Positions 36,985 to 46,946 of a stretch of 64,000 nucleotides of DNA are shown here, piece by piece. Below the pieces are notes generated by a model, which worked only from the letters and a program-made list of their open reading frames with translations, did not search any database and was not told the DNA's origin. Within the stretch, counting starts at the first letter, position 1; every line of letters starts with the position of its first letter. This DNA is from an uncultured Pelagibacteraceae bacterium (GTDB lineage: Bacteria > Pseudomonadota > Alphaproteobacteria > Pelagibacterales > Pelagibacteraceae): positions 44,903 to 108,902 of the forward strand of contig CACLEJ010000001.1 of NCBI GenBank assembly GCA_902605865.1. The letters are read 5' to 3'. The position numbers were made by a program, and so were the translations under genes.

Positions 36985-38243
36985 TTAACACGTCTAATGT
37001 TTACCCCAACTTTTCTTAGTTTATTCTCTATATTTTCATATCCTCTATCAAGGTGATAAATTCTATTGATTATAGATGATCCTTTTGCAACTATTGCAGC
37101 TAAAACTAATGCAACTGAAGCTCTTAAGTCACTAGACATTAATTCTGCGGCTTGAAAGTTAGTATCACCTGAAATAAATGCCTTATTTTTTTTAATTAAA
37201 ATCTCAGCTCCTAATCTTCTTAATTCAGCTACATGCATAAATCTATTTTCGAAAATACTTTCAGTTATTGAACTTTTGCCTTTGGCCTTGCAAAGAAGAA
37301 CCATAAACTGTGCTTGCAGATCTGTAGGAAAGTTTGGATATTCTTTAGTAACTAAATTGGTTAAATTTTTAATTTTTTTTGGACCAAATATATGAATTTG
37401 TTTTTTGGCTACTTTGATTTTTGCTCCAACTTTTTTTAATAATGATAATTCTGTTTTTATAATATTTGGGTCAAAATTATTTATTTTTAAATTACCTCCA
37501 GTTAAACATGCTGCTACACAAAAAGTTCCTGTTTCTATTCTATCAGACATCACTGAATAACTTGTACTTTCTAAAGATTTAATACCTTCTATCTTCACAG
37601 TACGTTTACCTATAAATTTTATTTTTGCACCACCTGATTTTAAAAAATTTATTAAATCAATTATTTCTGGTTCGATTGCACAGTTTCTAAGAATGGTAAT
37701 TCCATTTGCTAAACATGCGGCTATAATTGTATTTTCAGTTGCTCCAACACTAATTTTTGAAAATCTGATTTTTGCACCTTTGAGTTTTTCTTTCGTATGT
37801 GCGTGGATATAGCCTTTCTTAATATCATATTTCATTCCAAGTTTTTTAAGTGCATTCAAATGATAATTTACAGGTCTTGCCCCTATTAGGCAGCCACCAG
37901 GCAAAGAAGTAATAGACTTTTGATGTTTGGCAACAAGTGCTCCTAAAACTAATATTCCAGCTCTCATTGTTCTAACAAGTGAATATGATGCAAAAAAATT
38001 TTGCTTTTTTTTCTTTGTTATTTTAACAATTTTTCTATTTTTATTAAATTTTATTTCAGAGCCAAGAGATTTTAAAAGATTTATCATTGTATCTATGTCT
38101 TTAACACAAGGTAAATTTTTTATTATGACCTCTTTTTCGAATAAGATTGTCGATGCCAAAATTGGTAAGGCAGCATTTTTTGAACCCGAAATTGAAATTT
38201 CGCCCTTTATTTTGCAAGGACCTTTAACAATAAATTTGTCCAT
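36981..38243 (-). CDS. murA: UDP-N-acetylglucosamine 1-carboxyvinyltransferase
   Basis: 420 aa with ISGSKNAALP and LPGGCLIGARPVN (catalytic Cys). Confidence 0.94.
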   Translation of the reverse strand: MDKFIVKGPCKIKGEISISGSKNAALPILASTILFEKEVIIKNLPCVKDIDTMINLLKSLGSEIKFNKNRKIVKITKKKKQNFFASYSLVRTMRAGILVLGALVAKHQKSITSLPGGCLIGARPVNYHLNALKKLGMKYDIKKGYIHAHTKEKLKGAKIRFSKISVGATENTIIAACLANGITILRNCAIEPEIIDLINFLKSGGAKIKFIGKRTVKIEGIKSLESTSYSVMSDRIETGTFCVAACLTGGNLKINNFDPNIIKTELSLLKKVGAKIKVAKKQIHIFGPKKIKNLTNLVTKEYPNFPTDLQAQFMVLLCKAKGKSSITESIFENRFMHVAELRRLGAEILIKKNKAFISGDTNFQAAELMSSDLRASVALVLAAIVAKGSSIINRIYHLDRGYENIENKLRKVGVNIRRVN

Positions 38244-38245
38244 TA

Positions 38246-38800
38246 TTATATTTTTGGAAGTGTAACTCCCTTTTGACCTTGGTATTTACCATTTCTATCT
38301 GCATATGAAACAGCTGGATCCTCATTGCCCTTAATAAAAACAAATTGAGCAACTCCTTCATTAGCGTAAATTTTTGCCGGCAACGGTGTTGTATTAGAAA
38401 ATTCTAATGTTACATGTCCTTCCCAGCCTGGTTCAAGAGGTGTAACGTTTACAATTATTCCACATCTTGCATATGTAGATTTTCCTAAACATATAACCAA
38501 AACATTTTTAGGAATCTTAAAATATTCAACAGTCCTTGCTAATACGAATGAATTGGGTGGTATTATGCATTCAGATGAGTTTTTAGTAATAAAATTTGAG
38601 GATTTAAAATTTTTTGGATCTACAATTTCGGAATTTACGTTGGTAAAAATTTTAAATTCATCAGAAACTCTCGCATCATAACCGTATGAAGAAACACCAA
38701 ATGATATTTTATCTCCTCTAACTTGTTTGTCTTCAAAAGGAGAGATCATATCATTATCTCTGGCCATTTGTATAATCCACTTATCAGATTGGACCGACAT
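38246..38800 (-). CDS. dcd: dCTP deaminase
   Basis: 184 aa with [12 protein letters not shown] and [10 protein letters not shown] motifs. Confidence 0.92.
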   Translation of the reverse strand: MSVQSDKWIIQMARDNDMISPFEDKQVRGDKISFGVSSYGYDARVSDEFKIFTNVNSEIVDPKNFKSSNFITKNSSECIIPPNSFVLARTVEYFKIPKNVLVICLGKSTYARCGIIVNVTPLEPGWEGHVTLEFSNTTPLPAKIYANEGVAQFVFIKGNEDPAVSYADRNGKYQGQKGVTLPKI

Positions 38801-38904
38801 TATTTATTTTTTTTCTTTGTTTTTTTTTGGAATTCTTTTCTTTTTTTTAAATTTTTTCTTAAGGCAAGTTCAAGTTTACTAAAATTATTCTTTTTTGAAC
38901 TCAT
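38800..38904 (-). CDS. Candidate 34-aa Lys-rich small protein (not in the ORF track)
   Basis: The ATG at 38904 is 3 nt after the stop of the upstream 65-aa ORF. Its TAA stop overlaps the dcd ATG (TAATG). Translation: [34 protein letters not shown]. The sequence is low-complexity, so the ORF could be open by chance. Confidence 0.3.
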   Translation of the reverse strand: MSSKKNNFSKLELALRKNLKKRKEFQKKTKKKNK

Positions 38905-38907
38905 TAT

Positions 38908-39105
38908 TTATTTTTTGTCAGGATTTGTAAGATGGTCAAGCGTTATAACCTGGTCAAGAGGAATTGTTTTATCTTCTTCAATTTTTACTGGGCCAGTTTT
39001 CACCTGTTTTTTTGCTCTTTTTTCTGCAAGCTTTTTTTCTCTTTTAGCTTTTTTTTCCATGAGCTTTGCATTTTTATTAGCTCCGTATGTGTAGTGAATT
39101 CCCAT
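38908..39105 (-). CDS. Hypothetical 65-aa Lys-rich protein
   Basis: ORF at the head of the string leading into dcd-murA. No family recognised. The overlapping plus-strand ORFs are Phe-rich mirror images. Confidence 0.45.
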   Translation of the reverse strand: MGIHYTYGANKNAKLMEKKAKREKKLAEKRAKKQVKTGPVKIEEDKTIPLDQVITLDHLTNPDKK

Positions 39106-39159
39106 AACATTTTCCTCAAATAGATATAACGTATTTTAAAAAAAAATTAAGGCAATAAT

Positions 39160-39188
39160 TTGAAAAAATTAAATTTATACACTAATTT
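39160..39188 (+). promoter_or_regulatory. Putative promoter for tRNA-Thr
   Basis: TTGAAA (39160-39165), a 17-nt spacer, then TAATTT (39183-39188), 11 nt before the tRNA 5' end. Motif match only. Confidence 0.3.
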
Positions 39189-39199
39189 AAGTAAATATT

Positions 39200-39273
39200 G
39201 CCCCTATAGTTAAATGGTATAACACATCCATGGTAAGGATGAGTTTCCAGTTCAATTCTGGATGGGGGCACCA
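39200..39273 (+). tRNA. tRNA-Thr (GGU)
   Basis: 74 nt. Acceptor GCCCCTA/TGGGGGC, anticodon stem CATCC/GGATG with loop ATGGTAA, T arm TCCAG-TTCAATT-CTGGA, 3' ACCA. Confidence 0.92.
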
Positions 39274-39276
39274 CTA

Positions 39277-39996
39277 TTATTTTGTATAAAAATTTTTTTT
39301 TAACAAAAACCCAATTATAACTAAAATTATAATTCCCAGAATTGGTAAATAAATATCAGGAGAAAAAATTAATTCTAAAATACTTGGTAACTCAGAATTT
39401 TCCTCCAATATCTTACTCAAACCAGCACCAAGAGATGCTCCAACAAATAATTGTGGAGTCATTCCAATTATTGATCCTAGAAAGAAATTTCTAACCTTTA
39501 CGTTAAATATAGTTGGTAAAATATTTGAAATAAAAAAAGGAATGCCACCTATAAATCTATAAATTAGAAAAAAAATAAATTCATTCTTTTTAAACTTCTC
39601 AGTTAAATTGCTAAAACGGGATGAAAATTTTTCCTCAACCAAATCTTTTAAAAAATAGTTTGCAAAAATATAAAGAAATGTTGCACCAATAGATAATCCA
39701 AAAACTACTAGTAAAGTTCCTAACCACTTACCAAAAATAAAACCGCCAACTAGAAATACTGGTGATCCAAAACCTAATAAGAGGACCCAAACTATGGTAC
39801 CTATTAAAAAAATAATACTTGATAAAAAAATATTACTATTTTTAATATTCTCTAAAACTTCTCTATTTTCTCTTATTAATTCATAACTTGAGAAATCCTG
39901 AAAGGAAAAGTTGTTAAAAAAAATCAATAAAAAAACACATACTATCAAAATGTAGGCAGAGCCTAAAAATAGTTTAATTTTTTTTTCTCTATTCAT
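39277..39996 (-). CDS. DedA / TVP38-TMEM64 family membrane protein
   Basis: 239 aa polytopic protein with a GGFIFGKWLGTLLVVFGLSIGA core typical of the family. Confidence 0.75.
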   Translation of the reverse strand: MNREKKIKLFLGSAYILIVCVFLLIFFNNFSFQDFSSYELIRENREVLENIKNSNIFLSSIIFLIGTIVWVLLLGFGSPVFLVGGFIFGKWLGTLLVVFGLSIGATFLYIFANYFLKDLVEEKFSSRFSNLTEKFKKNEFIFFLIYRFIGGIPFFISNILPTIFNVKVRNFFLGSIIGMTPQLFVGASLGAGLSKILEENSELPSILELIFSPDIYLPILGIIILVIIGFLLKKNFYTK

Positions 39997-40078
39997 TGAT
40001 TTTTAACTTATTAAAAATCACTGTACTTATATATATATATTTGTATAACTACCGAAATTTAACATTAATTTAACAACA

Positions 40079-40216
40079 ATGAAACGTACATATCAACCAA
40101 GTAATAGAAAAAGAAAAAAGGCTGTTGGCTTTAGAGCTAAAAAAAAGACAAAGGGTGGAAGAAAAGTATTAAAAAGAAGAAGAGCTAAAGGAAGAAAAAA
40201 ATTAACAAACGCTTAA
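40079..40216 (+). CDS. rpmH: 50S ribosomal protein L34 (below ORF-track size cutoff)
   Basis: Translation [45 protein letters not shown]. The TAA stop overlaps the rnpA ATG (TAATG). Confidence 0.93.
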   Translation: MKRTYQPSNRKRKKAVGFRAKKKTKGGRKVLKRRRAKGRKKLTNA

Positions 40217-40557
40217 TGAAAAACAAGATTGTTAGCCTTTCTAAAAATGAGGATTTTAAGTCTATTCTGAGCGGAAAAAAAATTTCTAATAAATACTTAA
40301 CAATTTTCTTTAAAAAACTTTCTGATAAAAATAATAATAGGTTAAATATTAGTTTTGTAGCCAAAAAGAAAATTGGAAATGCAGTAACAAGAAACAGAAT
40401 TAAAAGAAGACTAAGAAATATTATGAACGAAGCTGTAAAATCAATTAACATTAATCTTAATTACTGTTACTTATTGATTGCAAGGATATCTGTTAGCAAA
40501 GATCCTTATGAAACAATAAAAAACGCAACACTAGAAGACTTTAAAAAAATTAAATGA
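40216..40557 (+). CDS. rnpA: RNase P protein component
   Basis: 113 aa with AVTRNRIKRRLR motif. Forms the rpmH-rnpA string. Confidence 0.9.
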   Translation: MKNKIVSLSKNEDFKSILSGKKISNKYLTIFFKKLSDKNNNRLNISFVAKKKIGNAVTRNRIKRRLRNIMNEAVKSININLNYCYLLIARISVSKDPYETIKNATLEDFKKIK

Positions 40558-40796
40558 CCAATTTTATTAAATTTTTAATGATCAAGATTATAAGGTTTTA
40601 TCAAATACTTATATCTCCGTATCTAGGTAATAATTGCAGATATCTTCCAACATGTTCTGATTATTTTATTGAAAACATAAAAGAGAATGGAATTTTAAAA
40701 GGAAGTATTAATGGATTTAAAAGAATACTAAGTTGTCATCCGATAAAAATTTTGGGTGGCGGAGAAGGATTTGATCCAGTTAAAAAGAAAAAGTAA
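40554..40796 (+). CDS. yidD: Membrane protein insertion efficiency factor YidD
   Basis: 80 aa with YQILISPYLGNNCRYLPTCSDY and HPIKILGGG motifs. Confidence 0.92.
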   Translation: MTNFIKFLMIKIIRFYQILISPYLGNNCRYLPTCSDYFIENIKENGILKGSINGFKRILSCHPIKILGGGEGFDPVKKKK

Positions 40797-40799
40797 TTT

Positions 40800-42482
40800 A
40801 TGGATACGAAAAATGTAATTGCCGCAATATCTCTGAGTGCAGCAGTAATAATACTCTATAGTCTATTTTTTGCTCCAGCAGTAGTAGACCAAAAAGATAT
40901 TTCTAATGACAAAAATATTACCAATGAAAATTCTTCAACGGATGCACCATCATTAGTTCAGGACGAGGAAACAATTAAAATATCTAGAAATGAGGCTTTA
41001 AAAGAAAATGAAAGAGTTCTTTTTGAAAATGATAAAATTAGAGGCTCAATTTCATTAATCGGATCTTCAATAGACGACTTAACTTTTAAAAATTATACAA
41101 ATACTTTAAATGGAGATGATAATGTAATCTTATTAAATCCTAAACAGTCTGATAATGGATATTATGTAGAGACTGGTTGGGCAACAACTAACAAAAATAT
41201 TGATTTACCAAACTCAAAATCTCTATGGAGCATCGAAGGAAGTAGCAAACTTACACCTAATTCCCCAGTGATATTAAGTTGGACTAACAATCAAAATATT
41301 AAATTCTTAAAAGAAATAAGCATAGACAAACAATATCTCTTTAACATCAAACAAACGATAATTAATAGTTCGGATAAGACTTATAACTTTTATCCATACG
41401 GACAAATTATTAGGAATGTTGCCCCTGATGTAACTAATTTTTATATTTTGCATGAGGGTTTAATTGGAGTTTTTGATGATCAATTAGTTGAAGAGGATTA
41501 TGATGATATTGAGGAAAAAAAATATTCTAAGAATGCACAGTCTGGATGGCTAGGTATAACTGATAAGTATTGGCTTACTAGTCTTATACCCGAAAAAAAT
41601 AAAAGTTTTAGATCTGATTTTGATTACAAAAATAAGTTCAGAGCAAATTTTATTGAGACAAATGCAACAGAAGTTGGTGCAAACGAGACAAAAAGTAACT
41701 CAATTAGAATAATAATTGCCGCAAAAGAAGTAAACGTTATAGATGGATATGCTGAGAGTGAAAATATTAATAAGTTTGATTTAGCAATAGATTGGGGATG
41801 GTTTTACTTCATTGTAAAACCTTTATTCTTTGCAATTCAATATTTCTTTAATCTGGCCGGCAATTTTGGAATAGCAATTATAATGATAACTGCTTGTATA
41901 AGATTAGCATTTTTTCCACTTGCAAATTACTCATTCAGATCAATGGCTAAAATGAAGGTTCTTCAGCCAGAAATGACAAGACTAAAAGAGTTGCATAAAG
42001 AGGATAAAATGAAACTCCAACAAGAAATGATGGCATTATACAAAAGAGAAAAAGTTAATCCAATAAGTGGGTGTCTTCCAATTTTTATACAGATACCTTT
42101 TTTCTTTGCAATTTATAAAGTTTTGTTTGTAACAATTGAGATGAGACATCAGCCATTTTTTGGTTGGATAAAAGATTTAAGTGAAAGAGATCCTACATCT
42201 ATATTTAATTTATTTGGACTAATACCTTGGGACCCGCCTTCTTTTTTACTGATAGGTGTGTGGCCATGCCTAATGGGTGTTTCAATGTGGATGCAACAAA
42301 AACTAAATCCTACACCTCCAGATCCTGTTCAGGCAAAGATATTTATGTTTTTCCCGTTATTTTTAACTGTAATACTAGCTCCTTTCCCAGCAGGACTAGT
42401 TATTTACTGGACTATTAATAACGTATTAACAATGGCACAACAGTACATAATAATCAAAAGAACGACCGTCAAAACTGTTTAA
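40800..42482 (+). CDS. yidC: Membrane protein insertase YidC
   Basis: 560 aa with an N-terminal anchor, a large periplasmic domain and a C-terminal 5-TM core (NPISGCLPIFIQIPFFFA). Confidence 0.93.
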   Translation: MDTKNVIAAISLSAAVIILYSLFFAPAVVDQKDISNDKNITNENSSTDAPSLVQDEETIKISRNEALKENERVLFENDKIRGSISLIGSSIDDLTFKNYTNTLNGDDNVILLNPKQSDNGYYVETGWATTNKNIDLPNSKSLWSIEGSSKLTPNSPVILSWTNNQNIKFLKEISIDKQYLFNIKQTIINSSDKTYNFYPYGQIIRNVAPDVTNFYILHEGLIGVFDDQLVEEDYDDIEEKKYSKNAQSGWLGITDKYWLTSLIPEKNKSFRSDFDYKNKFRANFIETNATEVGANETKSNSIRIIIAAKEVNVIDGYAESENINKFDLAIDWGWFYFIVKPLFFAIQYFFNLAGNFGIAIIMITACIRLAFFPLANYSFRSMAKMKVLQPEMTRLKELHKEDKMKLQQEMMALYKREKVNPISGCLPIFIQIPFFFAIYKVLFVTIEMRHQPFFGWIKDLSERDPTSIFNLFGLIPWDPPSFLLIGVWPCLMGVSMWMQQKLNPTPPDPVQAKIFMFFPLFLTVILAPFPAGLVIYWTINNVLTMAQQYIIIKRTTVKTV

Positions 42483-42487
42483 TAGAA

Positions 42488-43336
42488 ATGGAAATAGAAA
42501 AAATAGTACCAAAAGATGGTCCTTCCATCGACGAGGTTAAGAAATATATAGATAAATATAAAAATGAATTAATAGTTATTAAATATGGAGGAAATGTTTT
42601 TATTGATAGAAATATTTTTAACAATTTTATTTCAGATATAAGTATTTTAAATAAGTTAGGATTGTCAATTATAATTGTCCACGGAGGTGGCCCTAGAATT
42701 AAAAGAGAGTTAGAAAAATCAAATATTCAGTCAAAATTTATTAGAGGTTTAAGGGTCACAGATGAAAAAATTATAAATATAGTTGAAGATGTCCTTATTG
42801 ATTTTAACGAGGACATTGTTAATTCTTTAATTGAAAAGGGATCAAATGCAGTCTCGATAAACACAAAAAAAAATAATGTTATTGAAGTTATTCCAGAAGC
42901 AGAGGAACTTGGATTCGTTGGAAAGCCGAGTAAAATTAATATAAATATAATAAAAGATATAATAAAAGTAAGTTCCATTCCAATAATATCGCCATTAGGT
43001 TTAGGTGAAAATAATCAAACATTTAATATTAACGGAGATACAGCTGCTGGTGCTATAGCTAAATCTTTGAAATGTAGAAGATTATTATTAATGACCAATG
43101 TTGAGGGTGTACTTGATAAAGAAAAAAAGCTCATTGAAGAAATTACGTCATCTGAAATTTTAGAGATGATAAATAATGAAATTATAACAGAGGGTATGAT
43201 TCCTAAAATCAATACTTGCTTAGATGCAGTAATGAATGGAGTTACTGGTGTCGGAATTATTGATGGAAGAAAAAAACATTCAATTCTTTTTGAATTATTC
43301 TCAGATAAAGGTGCTGGTACATTAATAAGAAAATGA
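42488..43336 (+). CDS. argB: Acetylglutamate kinase
   Basis: 282 aa with VIKYGGN, IVHGGGP and NINGDTAAGAIA motifs. Confidence 0.92.
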   Translation: MEIEKIVPKDGPSIDEVKKYIDKYKNELIVIKYGGNVFIDRNIFNNFISDISILNKLGLSIIIVHGGGPRIKRELEKSNIQSKFIRGLRVTDEKIINIVEDVLIDFNEDIVNSLIEKGSNAVSINTKKNNVIEVIPEAEELGFVGKPSKININIIKDIIKVSSIPIISPLGLGENNQTFNINGDTAAGAIAKSLKCRRLLLMTNVEGVLDKEKKLIEEITSSEILEMINNEIITEGMIPKINTCLDAVMNGVTGVGIIDGRKKHSILFELFSDKGAGTLIRK

Positions 43337-43995
43337 AAAATATAAAAAATATTTTATTTGATTGTGATGGTGTTCTTTATCAGGATTTAGAATCTGTATT
43401 TGGTCAAGTTAGTAAAAGAATGACACAATATATTTCTGAAAAATTAAAAATTAACTTAGTTGAAGCTAAAAAATTACAAACCGACTACTTTCATAAATAT
43501 AATACAAGTCTAAATGGATTAATGATACATCATGATATTCCTCCTAAAGAGTTTTTAAATTTTGTTCATGACATTGACTTATCTTTTATGAAAAAGGATG
43601 TTGTTTTGAGAAGTGAAATAGAAAAGTTAAATTTAAGAAAGTTCGTTTTTACCAATGGTTCTAGTGAGCATGTTAGTAATATAACTACACATTTGGGGAT
43701 TGATGATCTCTTTGAGAATGTATTTGATATAGTAGACGCAGAATACAGCCCAAAACCTGCAGCGAAAGCATTCGATTTGATGGTAAAAAAATTTGATATT
43801 GACCCAAGAGAAACAATTTATATTGAAGATATTGCAAAAAATTTGTCAATTGGTAAAGAAAGAGGAGCTACGACAGTCTGGCTAATCAATAATGAATATT
43901 GGGGTAAAAAAGAATCTGATAAAGACTATATTGACTATAAAATAGAAAATCTCTCTTTATTTTTAAAAGAAATAAGGTTATTAAAAAACTCATAA
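43333..43995 (+). CDS. HAD-superfamily hydrolase (pyrimidine 5'-nucleotidase-like)
   Basis: LFDCDGVLY (DxD motif). Occupies the argB-HAD-dapD slot conserved in alphaproteobacteria. Confidence 0.7.
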   Translation: MKNIKNILFDCDGVLYQDLESVFGQVSKRMTQYISEKLKINLVEAKKLQTDYFHKYNTSLNGLMIHHDIPPKEFLNFVHDIDLSFMKKDVVLRSEIEKLNLRKFVFTNGSSEHVSNITTHLGIDDLFENVFDIVDAEYSPKPAAKAFDLMVKKFDIDPRETIYIEDIAKNLSIGKERGATTVWLINNEYWGKKESDKDYIDYKIENLSLFLKEIRLLKNS

Positions 43996-43998
43996 ATT

Positions 43999-44826
43999 AT
44001 GAGTATAGAAAATGTAATAAATGAAGCTTGGGAAAAAAGGGATCAAATAAATCCTGCTTCAGATCAGTCTTTAAAAGATACCATAAATCAAGTTATTGAT
44101 GATTTAGATAGTGGAAAGTCACGAGTTGCTGAAAAAATAAATGGTGAATGGATAACTCATCAACACTTGAAAAAAGCAATCATGTTAAGTTTTAGATTAT
44201 ATCCAATGGAGAATTTGAACGGTCCATATAGTAGTTGGTATGATAAAGCTCATCTACTAAAGGGTAAGACTGCAGGATGGACAAAAGAAGATCATGAGAA
44301 AGCGGGTTTTAGAATGGTACCTAACTCTCCAGTAAGAAAAGGAAGTTTTGTTGGAAAGAATGCAGTTTTAATGCCATGCTACGTTAACATTGGGGCATAC
44401 ATAGACGAAGGAACAATGATTGATACATTTGCAAGAGCAGGTAGCTGTAGCCAAATTGGAAAAAATTGTCATATCTCAGCAGGTTCAGGTGTAGGTGGAG
44501 TATTAGAACCTGCACAAGCTCTGCCAACTATTATCGAGGATAATGTTTTTTTAGGCGCGATGTCTGAAGTTGTAGAGGGTGTAATTGTAGGAGAAGGATC
44601 CGTACTGAGTATGGGCATGTACATAGGACAATCTACAAAAATTGTTAATAGAAAAACTGGAGAAATTACTTATGGAAAAATTCCTCCTTATTCAGTTGTG
44701 GTTCCAGGTTCACTTCCTGATAAAAATAACCCAACTGCACCTTCACTATATTGTGCTGTAATAATTAAGCAAGTAGATGAAAAGACAAGATCTAAAACTT
44801 CTATTAACGATCTCTTGAGAGAATAG
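43999..44826 (+). CDS. dapD: Tetrahydrodipicolinate N-succinyltransferase
   Basis: 275 aa with left-handed beta-helix hexapeptide repeats, adjacent to dapE. Confidence 0.9.
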   Translation: MSIENVINEAWEKRDQINPASDQSLKDTINQVIDDLDSGKSRVAEKINGEWITHQHLKKAIMLSFRLYPMENLNGPYSSWYDKAHLLKGKTAGWTKEDHEKAGFRMVPNSPVRKGSFVGKNAVLMPCYVNIGAYIDEGTMIDTFARAGSCSQIGKNCHISAGSGVGGVLEPAQALPTIIEDNVFLGAMSEVVEGVIVGEGSVLSMGMYIGQSTKIVNRKTGEITYGKIPPYSVVVPGSLPDKNNPTAPSLYCAVIIKQVDEKTRSKTSINDLLRE

Positions 44827-44831
44827 TTTCG

Positions 44832-45989
44832 ATGAAAATTATAAATGAACTTCAGTTAGCTAAAGAGCTAATTAGATTTCCAACTGTAACTCCTATAGAT
44901 GCTGGAATAATGAAATTTTTGGAAAAAAAATTAAAAAAACTTGGATTTAAAACTAAAATTCTAGAGTTCAAAGAAAAAGGGAATGCTCCAGTTAAAAATC
45001 TATATGCAAGATTAGGGAGCAAGAGTCCTAATTTTTGTTATGCTGGACATCTTGATGTTGTTCCTGCTGGAAATTTAAGAGATTGGACAGTAAATCCATT
45101 TAAACCATCAATTAAAAATGGACATTTAATTGGAAGAGGTGCAAATGATATGAAAAGCTCAATAGCTGCATTTGTTTCTGCTATAAGCGTTTTTATTGAG
45201 AAAAATAAAGGATTTAATGGATCGATAAGTCTTTTAATCACTGGAGATGAGGAAGGTGTTGCCATCAATGGAACCAAAAAAGTTGTAGACTATTTAAAAA
45301 AGAAACGAGAGAAAATAGATTTTTGCTTGGTTGGAGAGCCAACAAATCCTAATAAATTAGGTGAAATGATTAAAATTGGTCGAAGAGGAAGTATGAACGG
45401 TCGATTAACAATTACAGGAGTTCAAGGGCATGTAGCATATCCTCATAGAGCAAATAACCCTTCAACTGCTCTAGTGAGAATACTTAAAGAACTAAAAGAT
45501 TTACGATTTGACAAAGGCACGAAGGATTTTCAACCTACAAATCTTGAAATTACAAAAATTAATATAAATAATACCGCAGACAATGTAATTCCAGGTCTTG
45601 CATATGCTTCATTTAATATAAGATTTAATAATATGCATACTTCAAATTCCATTAAAAAAAAAATTAATAAAATTTTGAAAAAAATATGTAATAAAACTAA
45701 ATCTAAATATAAAATTGATTATAGTGTTTCAGGTGAAGCTTTTCTTACAAAGCCTAATAGTACAACATTTATGATACAAAATGTTATTAAAAAAGTTACT
45801 AAAATTAAACCTAAACTTTCAACTACTGGAGGTACATCAGATGCAAGGTTCATTAGGAAAATAGCTCCTTGTTTAGAATTTGGCTTAGTAGGAAAAACTA
45901 TGCATAAAGTTGATGAGGCTGTCTCGCTAACTGATTTAAAAAAGTTGAGTTTAATATATTCAAAAGTTTTAAATAATTATTTTAAGTGA
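44832..45989 (+). CDS. dapE: Succinyl-diaminopimelate desuccinylase
   Basis: 385 aa M20 peptidase with YAGHLDVVP, GRGANDMK and GDEEG motifs. Confidence 0.9.
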   Translation: MKIINELQLAKELIRFPTVTPIDAGIMKFLEKKLKKLGFKTKILEFKEKGNAPVKNLYARLGSKSPNFCYAGHLDVVPAGNLRDWTVNPFKPSIKNGHLIGRGANDMKSSIAAFVSAISVFIEKNKGFNGSISLLITGDEEGVAINGTKKVVDYLKKKREKIDFCLVGEPTNPNKLGEMIKIGRRGSMNGRLTITGVQGHVAYPHRANNPSTALVRILKELKDLRFDKGTKDFQPTNLEITKININNTADNVIPGLAYASFNIRFNNMHTSNSIKKKINKILKKICNKTKSKYKIDYSVSGEAFLTKPNSTTFMIQNVIKKVTKIKPKLSTTGGTSDARFIRKIAPCLEFGLVGKTMHKVDEAVSLTDLKKLSLIYSKVLNNYFK

Positions 45990-46915
45990 AGACTGGTCTA
46001 ATCACTTCAGATACTTATAAAAACCACAATACTGGGAATGGCCATCCAGAAAAAATTGATAGGGTTACAGCAATAATTGATAACTTTAAAAAAGTAGATA
46101 ACAAAAATCTTATATGGAAAAAACCAAATAAATTTGATGAATTTTTTTTAAATAAAACCCATTCAAAAGACTATATTAATCATGTTAAACAATCTTTTCC
46201 AAAAAAAGGTTTGGTATTTTTAGATGGTGATACAATTATCTCCCCTGGCAGTAAAGATGCTACTAAAGATGCAGTAGGTTCAATAATTACAGCAATAGAC
46301 GGAGTACAAAATAAAGAATTTAAGAATGCTTTTTGTGCTGTAAGACCCCCAGGTCATCATGCAGAAAAAGGGAAAGCTATGGGATTTTGTATCTATAATA
46401 ATGTAGCAGTTGGCGCTAATTATCTAATTGAAAAGTATAAATACAAAAAAATTGCAATAATTGATTTTGATGTTCACCATGGCAATGGAACTCAAGATAT
46501 TTTTTATGATAATGAAAAAGTATTATATGTTTCTACTCACCAATACCCTTATTACCCTGGCTCAGGTTCACATAAAGAAAATGGAAAATTTAATAATGTA
46601 TTAAATATTCCACTAGAAGCTGGAACAACATCTGAAGTATATTTAAATGCATATGAAAATGTTTTAAATAAAATAAAACAGTTCAAACCTGAATTTTTGT
46701 TATTTTCAGCGGGTTTTGATGCACATATTGACGATCCGTTAGCACAAATGAGATTAAGCACAGAGGATTTTTATAAAATTACCAAAAGGACTTTGGAATA
46801 TTCTAAATCTTTTTGTAATGGTAGGGTCGTTTCAATTCTTGAAGGTGGTTATGATCTTAAAGCCTTACAAAATAGTACTCAAAGGCATGTTGATGCGTTG
46901 TTAGAATTTAATTGA
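45986..46915 (+). CDS. Histone deacetylase-family amidohydrolase (HDAC/AcuC/acetylpolyamine type)
   Basis: 309 aa with a GTG start and RPPGHHA, DFDVHHGNGTQ and EGGY motifs. Confidence 0.85.
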   Translation: MKTGLITSDTYKNHNTGNGHPEKIDRVTAIIDNFKKVDNKNLIWKKPNKFDEFFLNKTHSKDYINHVKQSFPKKGLVFLDGDTIISPGSKDATKDAVGSIITAIDGVQNKEFKNAFCAVRPPGHHAEKGKAMGFCIYNNVAVGANYLIEKYKYKKIAIIDFDVHHGNGTQDIFYDNEKVLYVSTHQYPYYPGSGSHKENGKFNNVLNIPLEAGTTSEVYLNAYENVLNKIKQFKPEFLLFSAGFDAHIDDPLAQMRLSTEDFYKITKRTLEYSKSFCNGRVVSILEGGYDLKALQNSTQRHVDALLEFN

Positions 46916-46946
46916 TAATATTTTTTTAAGCACTAAACACAAACAT

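Noticed and set aside
40028-40040. (TA)n microsatellite upstream of rpmH (and a similar one at 14867-14878) as a phase-variable tract
   Set aside because: It is short (6-7 units) and sits where -10 elements are expected. Nothing in a single sequence indicates length variation.
42482-42488. Absence of a gene between yidC and argB, where I vaguely expect engB/yihA in some alphaproteobacteria
   Set aside because: My recollection of that synteny is not firm enough, and the gene may simply be elsewhere in the genome.
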